64,000 nucleotides of DNA from a virus, in the IMG/VR virus record IMGVR_UViG_3300025141_015097, positions 3,509 through 67,508 of that record; one strand, given 5' to 3'. Below, one piece after another: positions 10,001-19,038 of this stretch. The notes beneath the pieces were generated by a model. It worked only from the letters and a program-made list of their open reading frames with translations. It did no database searches and was not told the origin of the DNA. The number at the start of each line of letters is the position of its first letter. Position 1 is the first letter of the stretch. The translations under genes were made by a program, and so were the position numbers.

Positions 10001-10199
10001 AGTTGGTAAATAGCCACGAAGTCAGGTTAAAATACTCTGGACTTAAAATAGATTTAGTGTGGGCAGTGTCGCCCGTATTAACAATTATATCTGGCTTAAG
10101 CTCTTTTAATTTTTCAAACAACTGTTGAAATATTTCTCTGTATTCATAGTGGTATTTATAGTTCCGCACATGAATGTCGCTAATATGCGCAATCTTCAT
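7041..10199 (-). CDS. Fused Mre11/SbcD nuclease - Rad50/SbcC ATPase (gp47-gp46-like)
   Basis: Phosphoesterase motifs HISDIH, TGD, GNHD, GDIH; then Walker A GKNYSGKSS, coiled coil, signature SGAEK, Walker B IILDEP, H-loop ITH. Confidence 0.92.
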   Translation of the reverse strand: MKIAHISDIHVRNYKYHYEYREIFQQLFEKLKELKPDIIVNTGDTAHTKSILSPEYFNLTSWLFTNLAEIAPLHMILGNHDCNVKNSSRLDAITPITEALEDPNIHFHKNTKEVDLGENIVLNVLSILDQDKWSAPSDPNKTNLALYHGAVAGSKTDTGWIMEHGEIDMDFLENFDYGLLGDIHRTNQIVDDHGKARYPGSLIQQNFGESLDKGFLLWDIKDKENFTCDFHQLINPKPFVTINLTPKGRIPKGLNPPAGARLRLVSSNNQSVEIFRKAVDIAKKRFKPESISFLNRAHGQQRISVEKEVDCIIHENLRDQSVQEKLITEYLKEYNVDEETLNEIYTLNAKYNALAESDEETTRNVSWKIKNFKWNNLFNYGEDNELDFTKLAGTVGIFGKNYSGKSSVVDSLLYTIYNNTSKNIRKNYNIINEHKEQGSGEVEIEVGNKTYKISRQSDKYVKKLKGQVTNEAKTDVEFACTDNVLNRTYNFNSTERHGTDRNIKKIFGSLEDFLLTSMSSQLGSMQFINEGSTRRKEILAKFLDLEFFEKKFKLAKDESAGLKGTLRRMEEKEYDEEISIARKDLFANEADTLKKKGLYNKTKKDIEDAKVIIAELEKKIAAVPTEPIDIEKSLNDKKDKTQLMSQLETTNKEFEKQIKLNNSFLKQTSDRLEGFDLAALKNKLKVEVEKQKQLEKLLSETALKQQTLDSYEKQQCVLKGIPCGDNYLTSCRFIKDAYKTSQEIEPTKKAISDLKIKKKGVNDEIVKLDTPKVRLHIQGHEGLVRKKVRAQTENAAYELDIQKNLNKISEYKNDIVEHQKKIDYYNENKEAIENYNELAKEKKEQEQSVQNLSESLNSCEEEIYELAVKHGALIQKLENIEEQKKELAKLQIEFAATDLFLRCMHSNGIAFDIINKALPVINEEISKVLANIVDFEVYFEKDGNKLDIFIHHPNHEPRPLENGSGAEKTLAAIAIRIALLNISNMPKCNLIILDEPGAALDEEHLESFTRILDMLKSYFDIVILITHIESLKDTVDMTIDITKKNHFAYVNQ

Positions 10200-10208
10200 A
10201 CATTATCC

Positions 10209-11150
10209 TTAGAATTTGATGTTAGTAAACAATAGTGACAAGTTGTCAGCAATCTGTGTGGCGTTCTCTTTCCTTGTCCCAAATTCTTCTTTTGTCATCT
10301 CGCCAACATCTTTAAAGCCGCTTACATCTATTATATACACCTTGAGGCCATAACGCAAGAATTTTTCTACAATTGAATTTGTTTTATTAGTTGCGTCTGG
10401 ATCTAGTGCCATATAAATAGTTGAATTGTTTCCTATAATCTTTTGAAACAACCTAGAATCTTCTCTTAGCGTTGAGCCCAAAATAGGAATAGAATTTTCA
10501 CCAGCAACTATTGCATCGAATGCTCCCTCAACCAAAGTTACTGGCTTCGCAAAATCAATATAAAGCTCGTTAAAAATAATTTCGCTCTTAGGCACCTCTG
10601 GATTTAAATATTTCTTCCAGTCGCCGGTATATGATCTTGCTATAAAATAATTAATATCTCCCTTCATATCAAACGATGGGATAATTAAGCGGCCCGCATA
10701 TTGCCCTCTCGGACAATAACCAATCTTCCAATAAAGAATATCCTTTTTGTCTATTCGCCTTTTTTTCAAATATGACTTGGCGCCGATGCAAGAAAGCGCG
10801 AGTCCTCGATTGGCCAATGAAATAAACTCTTTTGGCAGTCTTAATTTTGGAAGTATTTTTTCTTCTGGTTCGTCGAAAAGATGATCCAATTGATCGTGGA
10901 CTTCAGAAAAATCTGTAATGTTGTTGAGTTTTTTCCACTCCATTAATTGCCGAGTGTTGCCAAATCTTTTGAAAAGATATAAAAGCGAATTACCAGATGT
11001 ATCACACACCCAGCACTTAAATTTATTTTTCTTTAAATTTATAGACAACTTCTTTTTGTGATGATCGCAAAAAGGACAAGCAAACAAGTGCTCTTCTCCA
11101 GAGCGATAACCTTGGCCCAACACGTCTTGCAATAAACTGATCTTAGTCAC
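10209..11150 (-). CDS. DNA primase (Zn-finger + TOPRIM)
   Basis: CPFC..H...CWVC Zn domain; LVEGAFDA and ALDPDA TOPRIM motifs; KDVGEM. Confidence 0.88.
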   Translation of the reverse strand: MTKISLLQDVLGQGYRSGEEHLFACPFCDHHKKKLSINLKKNKFKCWVCDTSGNSLLYLFKRFGNTRQLMEWKKLNNITDFSEVHDQLDHLFDEPEEKILPKLRLPKEFISLANRGLALSCIGAKSYLKKRRIDKKDILYWKIGYCPRGQYAGRLIIPSFDMKGDINYFIARSYTGDWKKYLNPEVPKSEIIFNELYIDFAKPVTLVEGAFDAIVAGENSIPILGSTLREDSRLFQKIIGNNSTIYMALDPDATNKTNSIVEKFLRYGLKVYIIDVSGFKDVGEMTKEEFGTRKENATQIADNLSLLFTNIKF

Positions 11151-11167
11151 ATAATCATTTTACAGCA

Positions 11168-11683
11168 TTATTGCGGTTGCGTCAAGTATCCATATTTCGC
11201 AAGCATAATACTATCTGCTCTGTCGTATGTGCCAGCCTTTGGATTGCCGGCTTTTGTTAATTCATATTCAAAATTTGGAATAGTTTTGTTGACGTGTTCT
11301 AAAACAACTTCTTTTGCTTTAGTTCCACGTGGCACTTTAATACCCGCTTGTTTGCGAGCAGAGGAAGCAGAAACATATTCTGGTGGGATCCCAAATATAT
11401 CATAACACAACCAACTGACTACGCCATTAAATTTTGAAAGAAGTGTAAGCGTTTTAGCCGATGAAAAGCCCGCTCTAAACATTTGTAAAGATTGTTCAAT
11501 TACAATTTTTGTGATGGGAAAGTATGCCCTTACATCCATTAGGTGGTGTTTAATGGCGGTCGCTTTATCAAAAAAGCTTTTAGTTTTGCGAGTATCCCAC
11601 GCCTCGCAGAAAACAACATTGCCGTTATCATCTATTACAGTTGCGCCGGTAATGCTGGTTGAAATATCAAGTCCAAGTATCAT
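11168..11683 (-). CDS. RuvC-like Holliday junction resolvase
   Basis: MILGLDISTSITG, IVIEQ, DRADS acidic RNase H-fold pattern. Confidence 0.85.
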   Translation of the reverse strand: MILGLDISTSITGATVIDDNGNVVFCEAWDTRKTKSFFDKATAIKHHLMDVRAYFPITKIVIEQSLQMFRAGFSSAKTLTLLSKFNGVVSWLCYDIFGIPPEYVSASSARKQAGIKVPRGTKAKEVVLEHVNKTIPNFEYELTKAGNPKAGTYDRADSIMLAKYGYLTQPQ

Positions 11684-13206
11684 AGATCTAATTTTAACTT
11701 AAAAGTATAATCTTGTCCATTAGTTTTTCTAATGGGTTTGGCTAATTTAGCAATTGCAATAAGTTCTTTGTTTTTATCGTATATGCCAATTTTTGAAATA
11801 AAAGTTTGCGGAGCATAAGAAGCAGAATAATTATCATGTGAACTGGAAATTGTATTATAAATTGGAATATACTCACCTTCCTTATAAAATTTTGAGCCGT
11901 GAGTAATTCCATATGAGCCAGTATACTCCTTTCCGCCATAGTCTCCGGCGCTTCTACTAATAAATGTTGGATTATTACTCCAGTTTAAATCATTCTTTTT
12001 TGCATGAGCCAACATGGTTATAACGGGGATTCTTTCCGTTCCTTGAAATTCCATGGAATAAGATGAACTCGTCGGACCCCAGTAAGTGTCGCCGCCGGCT
12101 CGTCCGTTGCAACAATTGTTCGAAGACGTAACAAAAGATTTATACGCCCCAAAATAACCCCACTTGGGATTGTCAACCATCCAATCTCCCGTACCCGGGG
12201 GAGCATTGAGATCGTTGCCAGTATGTGAACCAGTTGGGCTCATATAACCATCTTTCAAATTGTCGTCCAAATTATAGCTGGCTGTAATTAATAAAATGCC
12301 TTCATTGTACAAAACCATGCCGATGACGGCGCCGGTGCCTTTGCTTTCATAATGACCGCCATATGTTTCTATTAGCTCTCCATTTTTTCTTGTGTCTTGG
12401 GCTCGGGCGAGCAAAGAGCCGGTGTAATAAAATTTTAAATCTACACTTCCTTTTTTAATTTGATTGCCATAAAAAATCTTTGGAATAACAATAAGATTTG
12501 TTAAATCATTAACCGGAATTGATTGAGTCAAAGGATGATTTTGGACCTTGACCTCTTCGCCTTCTGCGGTGCCGGGGTATCGGTACTTGTCGTTAACGTC
12601 AAATTGTTTTTGAGTGTGAGTGGGAATACCGCCACGTTTAAAAATATATTTATCAAAATCATAATACGGGCTCAGATACCTATAATGTTCAAAGGTGTTT
12701 TTAAGTGCCACAACTTTAAAAACAGTGTCGCTGTGGGTCGAACCTGAATATATAAGATAGCCATCATATTCAGTGTCAACATTATCGGGTGCGGCAGTTG
12801 TGTCTGGCTTGGCTTTGACCAGTTCTCTGCTAATTGTCGCAGTCAGCGGATAAGATATAGACCGGTCAGTTCCTATTGGTATTATTTTTTCAGCTAATTG
12901 TGTAGTATATGTTGATTTTAATGCTATATTACTTACTTTACTTTCTTTCGCAACAAAACTACCCGTTATCAAATGATCATTAAACTCACTCCAATTTGAG
13001 CCGCTTCGATCAACGTTCATCTCATAAAGAGAAATCGCGCCAGTTGCAACGTTATACCCCTCTTCGGTGCGATTATTTATATGTAATGTATTCAGATGCA
13101 TCGAAAAAATGTATTTTGGATGTGTCTTTAAAACACTACGAAAAACATCATTCTTCGAAAAAGGATAGGGGTGTACGGCCGAGCGAACATTTTTTGTTAG
13201 GGACAT
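11680..13206 (-). CDS. Virion tail/baseplate protein with tail-collar-like C-terminus
   Basis: Ends FISKIGIYDKNKELIAIAKLAKPIRK...FKLKLDL; paralogous C-terminus to 13225..14361. Confidence 0.7.
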   Translation of the reverse strand: MSLTKNVRSAVHPYPFSKNDVFRSVLKTHPKYIFSMHLNTLHINNRTEEGYNVATGAISLYEMNVDRSGSNWSEFNDHLITGSFVAKESKVSNIALKSTYTTQLAEKIIPIGTDRSISYPLTATISRELVKAKPDTTAAPDNVDTEYDGYLIYSGSTHSDTVFKVVALKNTFEHYRYLSPYYDFDKYIFKRGGIPTHTQKQFDVNDKYRYPGTAEGEEVKVQNHPLTQSIPVNDLTNLIVIPKIFYGNQIKKGSVDLKFYYTGSLLARAQDTRKNGELIETYGGHYESKGTGAVIGMVLYNEGILLITASYNLDDNLKDGYMSPTGSHTGNDLNAPPGTGDWMVDNPKWGYFGAYKSFVTSSNNCCNGRAGGDTYWGPTSSSYSMEFQGTERIPVITMLAHAKKNDLNWSNNPTFISRSAGDYGGKEYTGSYGITHGSKFYKEGEYIPIYNTISSSHDNYSASYAPQTFISKIGIYDKNKELIAIAKLAKPIRKTNGQDYTFKLKLDL

Positions 13207-13224
13207 GTAGTACCACCCGCCCGC

Positions 13225-14361
13225 TTAATAATCAAGCCTTACGCGAATTGTAAAATCACTAGCCTCTGTCTTTTTGATTGGTTCTGATAATTTACCAACA
13301 GCCATCAAAGCGCCATCGGAATGATACAACCCAACAGTTGTAATATATGAAACTGCAGAATCGTCAGCGTATGTTTTTACTCTAATCTTACCAGTTGAAT
13401 CAATATAAGTCGGATTAGCACTATAATTAAACTCAGAAGCGTTTGCGCGACAGAAGTAAACAGTTGAATTAAGCTCAATTGTATTATTAAAACTAATACT
13501 GCCTATTCTTTGCCTAAACCCATCACAAATCTCATCAATCGAAGCAGACAACGAAGCACTAGCAACATTTAAATGATCGCCGCTTGAATGAGAAACCAGA
13601 TCAATAGTCTGAGCCGATGCAGTATTAAAAAGGCCATGGCCTAGCGTAGACCCATGAGCGCCTGACAACTCCAGCACCGCGATGCCGGCTTGATAATAAA
13701 GCAAGCCAACAGCATCGAGAGCTTTGGGTGCAACACCGGCAGAGCCTGTATAAATTATTCCATATTCACCAGCGGGCGAATTAGTATATACCTTAGAGCC
13801 AGAATCTGAAAGCCTGATCATGCTCTTATCATAGGCCGTAGCGGATACCGTAGTGTCTAAACTGCCGGTGCCCACATACATTACAAATGTTTCTTTTGCT
13901 ATTTCGTCCTTTACGAGCATTCTAGAAAAGTTCATAAAGAAAGCAGTTTTGAATTTTGTTGTCATATCCGACATTTGCGCAGGGTTGGCCCAATGGTCGA
14001 ATGGCATAATAGCGCCGGTTATATCATGGCCCACTAAATTTTGTGCCATTTGCTGATAAATATTTTGCTTATCTGTGCTTGATGAAACAATGTTGGCGGC
14101 ACCAAACGACCGGCCGTCGTCCGAATCCGACCAGCCGGATTGAACGCCAAAAGTTAAATCAAAAATTGCATTTGCCGAAGAACTTAAATATGGATAATCA
14201 TAAACGCTCTGAAACTGACCGTGTGTATATTTTCTAACATTAGTTTCATTGGTATAAATGCCATATGCAATAGTGCCAGTTATTGGAATTGCTTCATGTA
14301 ATTTTGTTTTAAAACTTTTAATATCTTTTGCTTTGTCTATTGTTTTAAAAGTTTGTGCCAT
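13225..14361 (-). CDS. Virion tail/baseplate protein with tail-collar-like C-terminus
   Basis: NYSANPTY...YITTVGLYHSDGALMAVGKLSEPIKK...IRVRLDY. Confidence 0.7.
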   Translation of the reverse strand: MAQTFKTIDKAKDIKSFKTKLHEAIPITGTIAYGIYTNETNVRKYTHGQFQSVYDYPYLSSSANAIFDLTFGVQSGWSDSDDGRSFGAANIVSSSTDKQNIYQQMAQNLVGHDITGAIMPFDHWANPAQMSDMTTKFKTAFFMNFSRMLVKDEIAKETFVMYVGTGSLDTTVSATAYDKSMIRLSDSGSKVYTNSPAGEYGIIYTGSAGVAPKALDAVGLLYYQAGIAVLELSGAHGSTLGHGLFNTASAQTIDLVSHSSGDHLNVASASLSASIDEICDGFRQRIGSISFNNTIELNSTVYFCRANASEFNYSANPTYIDSTGKIRVKTYADDSAVSYITTVGLYHSDGALMAVGKLSEPIKKTEASDFTIRVRLDY

Positions 14362-14376
14362 TTTTATTCTCCGTTC

Positions 14377-15333
14377 TTAAGGAATTTCTCTCAAAAATCT
14401 TATTGGTATATCTAGTGACATACCAGTTTTCCACCCATCAACTCTAACAATTGTGTCTAACACATGGCCACTTTCGCCAGTCGGGAAAGCGGCTGCCAAG
14501 GTGTTGCCAAATTCTTCAAAATATGCAGTACTTTTTGTTAAATTGTCAGAAGCCATAATTGAAAACCAAAAGCGTCGACCGCGGGCGCCCGAATGATCGG
14601 AAATCTTTTCGGCCGACAAAGGCCTTGTTTGCCAATGATTACCAGTTGGATCTGATACAACATAAGTTGCAATATAATCATCATCAACATAACTTTTTTG
14701 TGAAACTGCGCCGGCGCCGGTAGGATCCACAATAGTTCCAAACCTATCATCAATTTGAATTATATATTGATTTTCTTCTAATTCTTCTGATAGTTTAACG
14801 CTCCAGTCATTGCCGCCGGCCGCAGTTTTAATTCCCTGATCAATTACTATGACCTTATCTTTGGCGTTAATTGCGCTTGTACCGTTAATCCACCCATCAA
14901 TGCCTGTCGTGGTCCACAGTGTTTCAACAAGCGCATATGCATCAGTAGTTGTTAAAACAACATATTTATCACTGTTCGGCGATGCAGCAAAAGGCAGCCC
15001 CCTATTATCTCCAGTTTGAGATGATGTTCGAACAATCAAATTTGGCAAATATAAGTAATCTTTATTTGGAAGCATAGATTTTAATTTATGTTTAAGGGCC
15101 GAAGCATTATCAGTAATTGCCTCAAGAATCGGCGTGCTTAAAATATTAAGATCTTTATAAGCTGTAGCGGCGCTAGCGTCCCAAAGCTCATAGTTAACTT
15201 CATCATCGCCGAAAGCATACATATCAATGCTAAACTTGCTTTGGCCGGCGCCGCCGGCCATACGGCGGCGGCCCTCGTCAGTTAAAACAGCATCTAAAAT
15301 AATATCACCGGAGTTGGGTAAAAATCTTGCCAT
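14377..15333 (-). CDS. Virion protein with tail-collar-like N-terminus
   Basis: IILDAVLTDEGRRRMA...YAFGDDEVNY; strong SD AAAGGAG. Confidence 0.7.
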   Translation of the reverse strand: MARFLPNSGDIILDAVLTDEGRRRMAGGAGQSKFSIDMYAFGDDEVNYELWDASAATAYKDLNILSTPILEAITDNASALKHKLKSMLPNKDYLYLPNLIVRTSSQTGDNRGLPFAASPNSDKYVVLTTTDAYALVETLWTTTGIDGWINGTSAINAKDKVIVIDQGIKTAAGGNDWSVKLSEELEENQYIIQIDDRFGTIVDPTGAGAVSQKSYVDDDYIATYVVSDPTGNHWQTRPLSAEKISDHSGARGRRFWFSIMASDNLTKSTAYFEEFGNTLAAAFPTGESGHVLDTIVRVDGWKTGMSLDIPIRFLREIP

Positions 15334-15361
15334 GTCAGTTCTCCTTTAATTTTATACCACT

Positions 15362-15371
15362 ATAATTAGTA
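15362..15371 (-). promoter_or_regulatory. Candidate late promoter TACTAATTAT
   Basis: Intergenic, ~28 nt upstream of the ATG at 15333; identical 10-mer in the intergenic gap at 37372-37381. Confidence 0.55.
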
Positions 15372-15396
15372 TTTTTTTATAAAAAACACTTTTTAT

Positions 15397-18300
15397 TTAT
15401 TTTGTACCAGAGCGGACAACTTCGCCCTCGTTCAGTACAAAATTCCAAGCATCGTCCTTCTGGCTGGTAAGTTTGCGGGATCTAAAAGTAATATTTAAGT
15501 CAACCCTTCTTTTAGTCTTAGTTGATGTTATCCTTAACTTATAACTAGGGAGCTTATGTTTATTATCCCAAGGATCGTCGCCGTTGGTGCCCGCTTTCTT
15601 TTGTTCTTTGAATAAAATGGGCGATTGGCTGGAATCTATTAATCCCAAACTACCATCTTTCTGTGGGACTACTTGCAAAAATGAAGGATCAATTCTTAAT
15701 TTTTCTTTAAAAAGAATACTTTTCTTTCGTTTGTATTTTTTGGCTTCCAAGGTATCCTCAAACTCAACAGTTTCAATTATGGGCATCACTACGCCGCCGT
15801 CGTCAACAATCTCTACTGAATAAACAACGGAGGGGTATGAAACTTCGCCCTCCACGCTAATTGTCCTTGCCATATAATAATATTTTTGATTTGGTTTTAA
15901 TTCATCAATTAAATGAGCGGTGTCCCACAATTGACCTACTTCGCCGCATTCTTTCGCGCCGTTGTCGCACTTGAGCGGAGCATTGTGGCCTACCTTTAAA
16001 TCTATTTCTGAGGGCTTATTAATTACTTTATAGGTGTTCTTTTCAGGCGCGCTTTTACCGTACACTCCAAAATCATCCCAAGACTGTGGCGCTTCGGTGA
16101 TTCTATAAAGCAAAAATTTCACTGGTGCAGAGGCGCCGGAAAATAAAACCATATTATCTTCGTCGCCATCATTATCATTATCACCACCTATCGCTGGAAC
16201 GTTTTCAGGCCAGTCATATTTATCACGGGCGGCTTTGTCATATTCCCTAACTCTGTTCCCCAGCCCTTTTCCAAATGAAATAGAAATTTTATTATTTACT
16301 CCCTTAAAAGGGAAAAAAGTTAATAACGGAGGCAGCGGCGGATCAGCTTTCGACGGCTGTGGAGAGTATGATATAGTTTGATTTTTTGGATCAAATTCAG
16401 ACGCGTCCGCAGCATTCCAACTCTGTGGCGCAAGAAGCGGGATTTCAACAAATCTCATCGAGGGTTGCTCTTCTACTAACGCAGAAAAATCAAATTCTTG
16501 TGACTCTCTTTGCCAGACTCCGTCGCCATATGGCACTACTTTTTGAATATCCTGCTTATCATCTGGATGTGTTCTTTTCCAGTTATCCGGATCAGCTTCA
16601 TATGCTTCGTCTTCAGAATTATAATCTTTACGAGATCCTTCGCCGGGGAGATGAACATTCCATATACACTTCGGGTCTTCCTTACAATCTTTACACGACT
16701 TGAGCAGCGCGTCACTTTGTTCATTTTCGGTTAACTCTTTACAAGTTGGATACGCCTCAATCTCTTTAAAATATTCTAGACTTGGTAGTTTGCATTCTAT
16801 ATTTCGATACCGGTATCTTTTTCCATATACCAAAACAACTGCGTAAAATCGATATGAATACTTTTCATTGTATTTAACTTGTGTGTCAACATATTCATGC
16901 CTGCCCGGGCCTGAAAATATAATGTTGTTACTCTTGTCATGTTGTATTCCGATCTGCGGTGTGCCGGTATATTTAAAATTGGGAAATACATAAATATTAG
17001 AAACAATTAAATCATTGGCGGCATCGCCGTTCTCTGCCCTTTTTACAATCTTATAAGCAACTATTTCATTTCTTGCAAACTTTTGTGAATAAGGCGTTGC
17101 GGAATCTTGTGCTTGAGCATAAGTAACATATGGCGAAATATAATCTAACTCATCCGTTAGCGCATTATTAAACTTCTTAAAAGCCAATTGAGCGGTGTCG
17201 GGCAAATTAAGCTCATTAGAATCAGCCCATTTTAAACGAACATCGTGTAGCCAATTCGCGCTGGTGTTTCCACCATCTCCTTCGCCGTAAATTAATTTCT
17301 TTGTAGTTGCTTCATTAAACTGATCCTCAATCTCGTTGTCCGCGTTAACATAGTCTCCACGACTTTTTAATGTAACATATTTCACTTTTTCAGGGTCGCC
17401 AGCTTCGCATATGAAACCCTTTATGCCGTCACTTTCATTAGCAACTTCTTCATTTGAATGCTGCCTAAACGCACCATGAGTGAATGCTTCGAAGCTTCCA
17501 TACATAGCGGCCGGTGGTTCAGACGACACCAAAGAGCCTAACATAACTGGAGTTTGTCTTGTCGCAATATCTTCGAAACCAGCAACGCCAAACTGAGGAG
17601 TGAAATAAATGGTATTATAAAAAGGATATTCCATTTTCTCCTTTAACGACGGAGCTTTATCATAGCCCTGCGCATGCGGATCTTTCAGCGTATCGGCGGC
17701 CAGAGCAATATATGAAGGGTTTGTATATTTATGTTGATATTCACAACCGGCTTCAGTTTTTGCTAATGTGCCAAAGAATGGGCCATTGAGCAACCGCTGC
17801 ATGTGATTTTCATAAAACATTTGAAGTCTTGCTTCGTCGCCCATGGCGACATTTTGTTGGGGATCTAAACAATCATTATATTTATGTACATTGCGGATAA
17901 CTCTAAAACTTCGTGGTTCGCCGGTGTTGCCGGTGCCTAAAGTATAAGGTCTATATAAAAAATTATAATCGTAAAACCAATTAGATTTTTCCATTGTAAC
18001 TTTCATTAATTTATGAGTGTTGACCATCTTTTCATCTATTTTTTTATTATTAGCAATAACAAGAAATTGACGATAATCTGGGGTTTTTGTATTATAGTGA
18101 TCTCCCACATCATTAAGTTTATTAAGATAATGTAAATGCCACGAACTCCCCAGTTTAGCAAACAGCTTTTCTTTAATGCTACCAAGGTGAATACTTGTAG
18201 AACTATTGTTTTTAAAGTTTTTAAAGAAAAACTCCTCTTTAATAGCTGTCGTATTTTGTGTTGCCCACTGAAGACTTTTTGATAAATTAAATCTTTCTTT

Positions 18301-19038
18301 TGCGGCCGTGGCTTGAGGATCGTTAGCCATAAAAGGATCTAGCTCATTGTCATCTGGATAGCGGATGACTGTTCCATATTGATTGATGTCTTTTTGTTCA
18401 TACGCAGGGCCGGTCCAATTGGGCCCATGTATTTCCCAATTTAAGCGGGAAATTTTCGCGCCTTCCGCCTTTACTGCGACCCCGGGCTTAATAGTTTTTA
18501 CAAAAGCTAGCTTAAGAGCGTGGTCGGCTTCTATGTGTGCAAGATATTGTTTCCATGTATATGATATGTTGTGTTTTTTTAGATACTCCTTTTGATCAGC
18601 AGTGCCAAGAACGTCGAGCTTCAGTGCGTTTTGCCACAGGAACCACGCGTCCTTTTCGGAGTCGTTGGCGGACATGTAGTACGACCACCAATCTTCCGTC
18701 ACCACATCAACCTCTGAATAATCAGAGCCTCCCAGAAGTTGAGCCATTATGTAATCGGGATGGCCATATTCGCCGGGTTTGCCGCCATAGCCATGCATAT
18801 GATTATAATACCCAGAAAAATTACCGGCCAGCGGTGGGAATCTTGACACGCTATTGAAATTAACACCTGAAAATTCTGGTTTCCACTCTGGAGCCCAAGC
18901 GTCCGGATCTTCTCTATCTATTGCCCAAATTTTATTTGTATAAAATCTAACTGGATCTGAAAATGTAAACTGCTTAGAATCTCTATCCACAAAGTGGTCA
19001 TGGAAAAAAACATTTACTTCTTTTGGAATTTTACTCAT
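15397..19038 (-). CDS. Large virion structural protein (1213 aa) with FN3-like segments
   Basis: YVDTQVKYNEKYSYRFYAV and LKPNQKYYYMART...SYPS resemble FN3 strand patterns; lies in the structural operon. Confidence 0.6.
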   Translation of the reverse strand: MSKIPKEVNVFFHDHFVDRDSKQFTFSDPVRFYTNKIWAIDREDPDAWAPEWKPEFSGVNFNSVSRFPPLAGNFSGYYNHMHGYGGKPGEYGHPDYIMAQLLGGSDYSEVDVVTEDWWSYYMSANDSEKDAWFLWQNALKLDVLGTADQKEYLKKHNISYTWKQYLAHIEADHALKLAFVKTIKPGVAVKAEGAKISRLNWEIHGPNWTGPAYEQKDINQYGTVIRYPDDNELDPFMANDPQATAAKERFNLSKSLQWATQNTTAIKEEFFFKNFKNNSSTSIHLGSIKEKLFAKLGSSWHLHYLNKLNDVGDHYNTKTPDYRQFLVIANNKKIDEKMVNTHKLMKVTMEKSNWFYDYNFLYRPYTLGTGNTGEPRSFRVIRNVHKYNDCLDPQQNVAMGDEARLQMFYENHMQRLLNGPFFGTLAKTEAGCEYQHKYTNPSYIALAADTLKDPHAQGYDKAPSLKEKMEYPFYNTIYFTPQFGVAGFEDIATRQTPVMLGSLVSSEPPAAMYGSFEAFTHGAFRQHSNEEVANESDGIKGFICEAGDPEKVKYVTLKSRGDYVNADNEIEDQFNEATTKKLIYGEGDGGNTSANWLHDVRLKWADSNELNLPDTAQLAFKKFNNALTDELDYISPYVTYAQAQDSATPYSQKFARNEIVAYKIVKRAENGDAANDLIVSNIYVFPNFKYTGTPQIGIQHDKSNNIIFSGPGRHEYVDTQVKYNEKYSYRFYAVVLVYGKRYRYRNIECKLPSLEYFKEIEAYPTCKELTENEQSDALLKSCKDCKEDPKCIWNVHLPGEGSRKDYNSEDEAYEADPDNWKRTHPDDKQDIQKVVPYGDGVWQRESQEFDFSALVEEQPSMRFVEIPLLAPQSWNAADASEFDPKNQTISYSPQPSKADPPLPPLLTFFPFKGVNNKISISFGKGLGNRVREYDKAARDKYDWPENVPAIGGDNDNDGDEDNMVLFSGASAPVKFLLYRITEAPQSWDDFGVYGKSAPEKNTYKVINKPSEIDLKVGHNAPLKCDNGAKECGEVGQLWDTAHLIDELKPNQKYYYMARTISVEGEVSYPSVVYSVEIVDDGGVVMPIIETVEFEDTLEAKKYKRKKSILFKEKLRIDPSFLQVVPQKDGSLGLIDSSQSPILFKEQKKAGTNGDDPWDNKHKLPSYKLRITSTKTKRRVDLNITFRSRKLTSQKDDAWNFVLNEGEVVRSGTK

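Noticed and set aside
2374-11150. Inteins or introns in terminase, Mre11-Rad50 or primase
   Set aside because: Motif spacing is normal; no intein splice motifs or homing endonuclease seen
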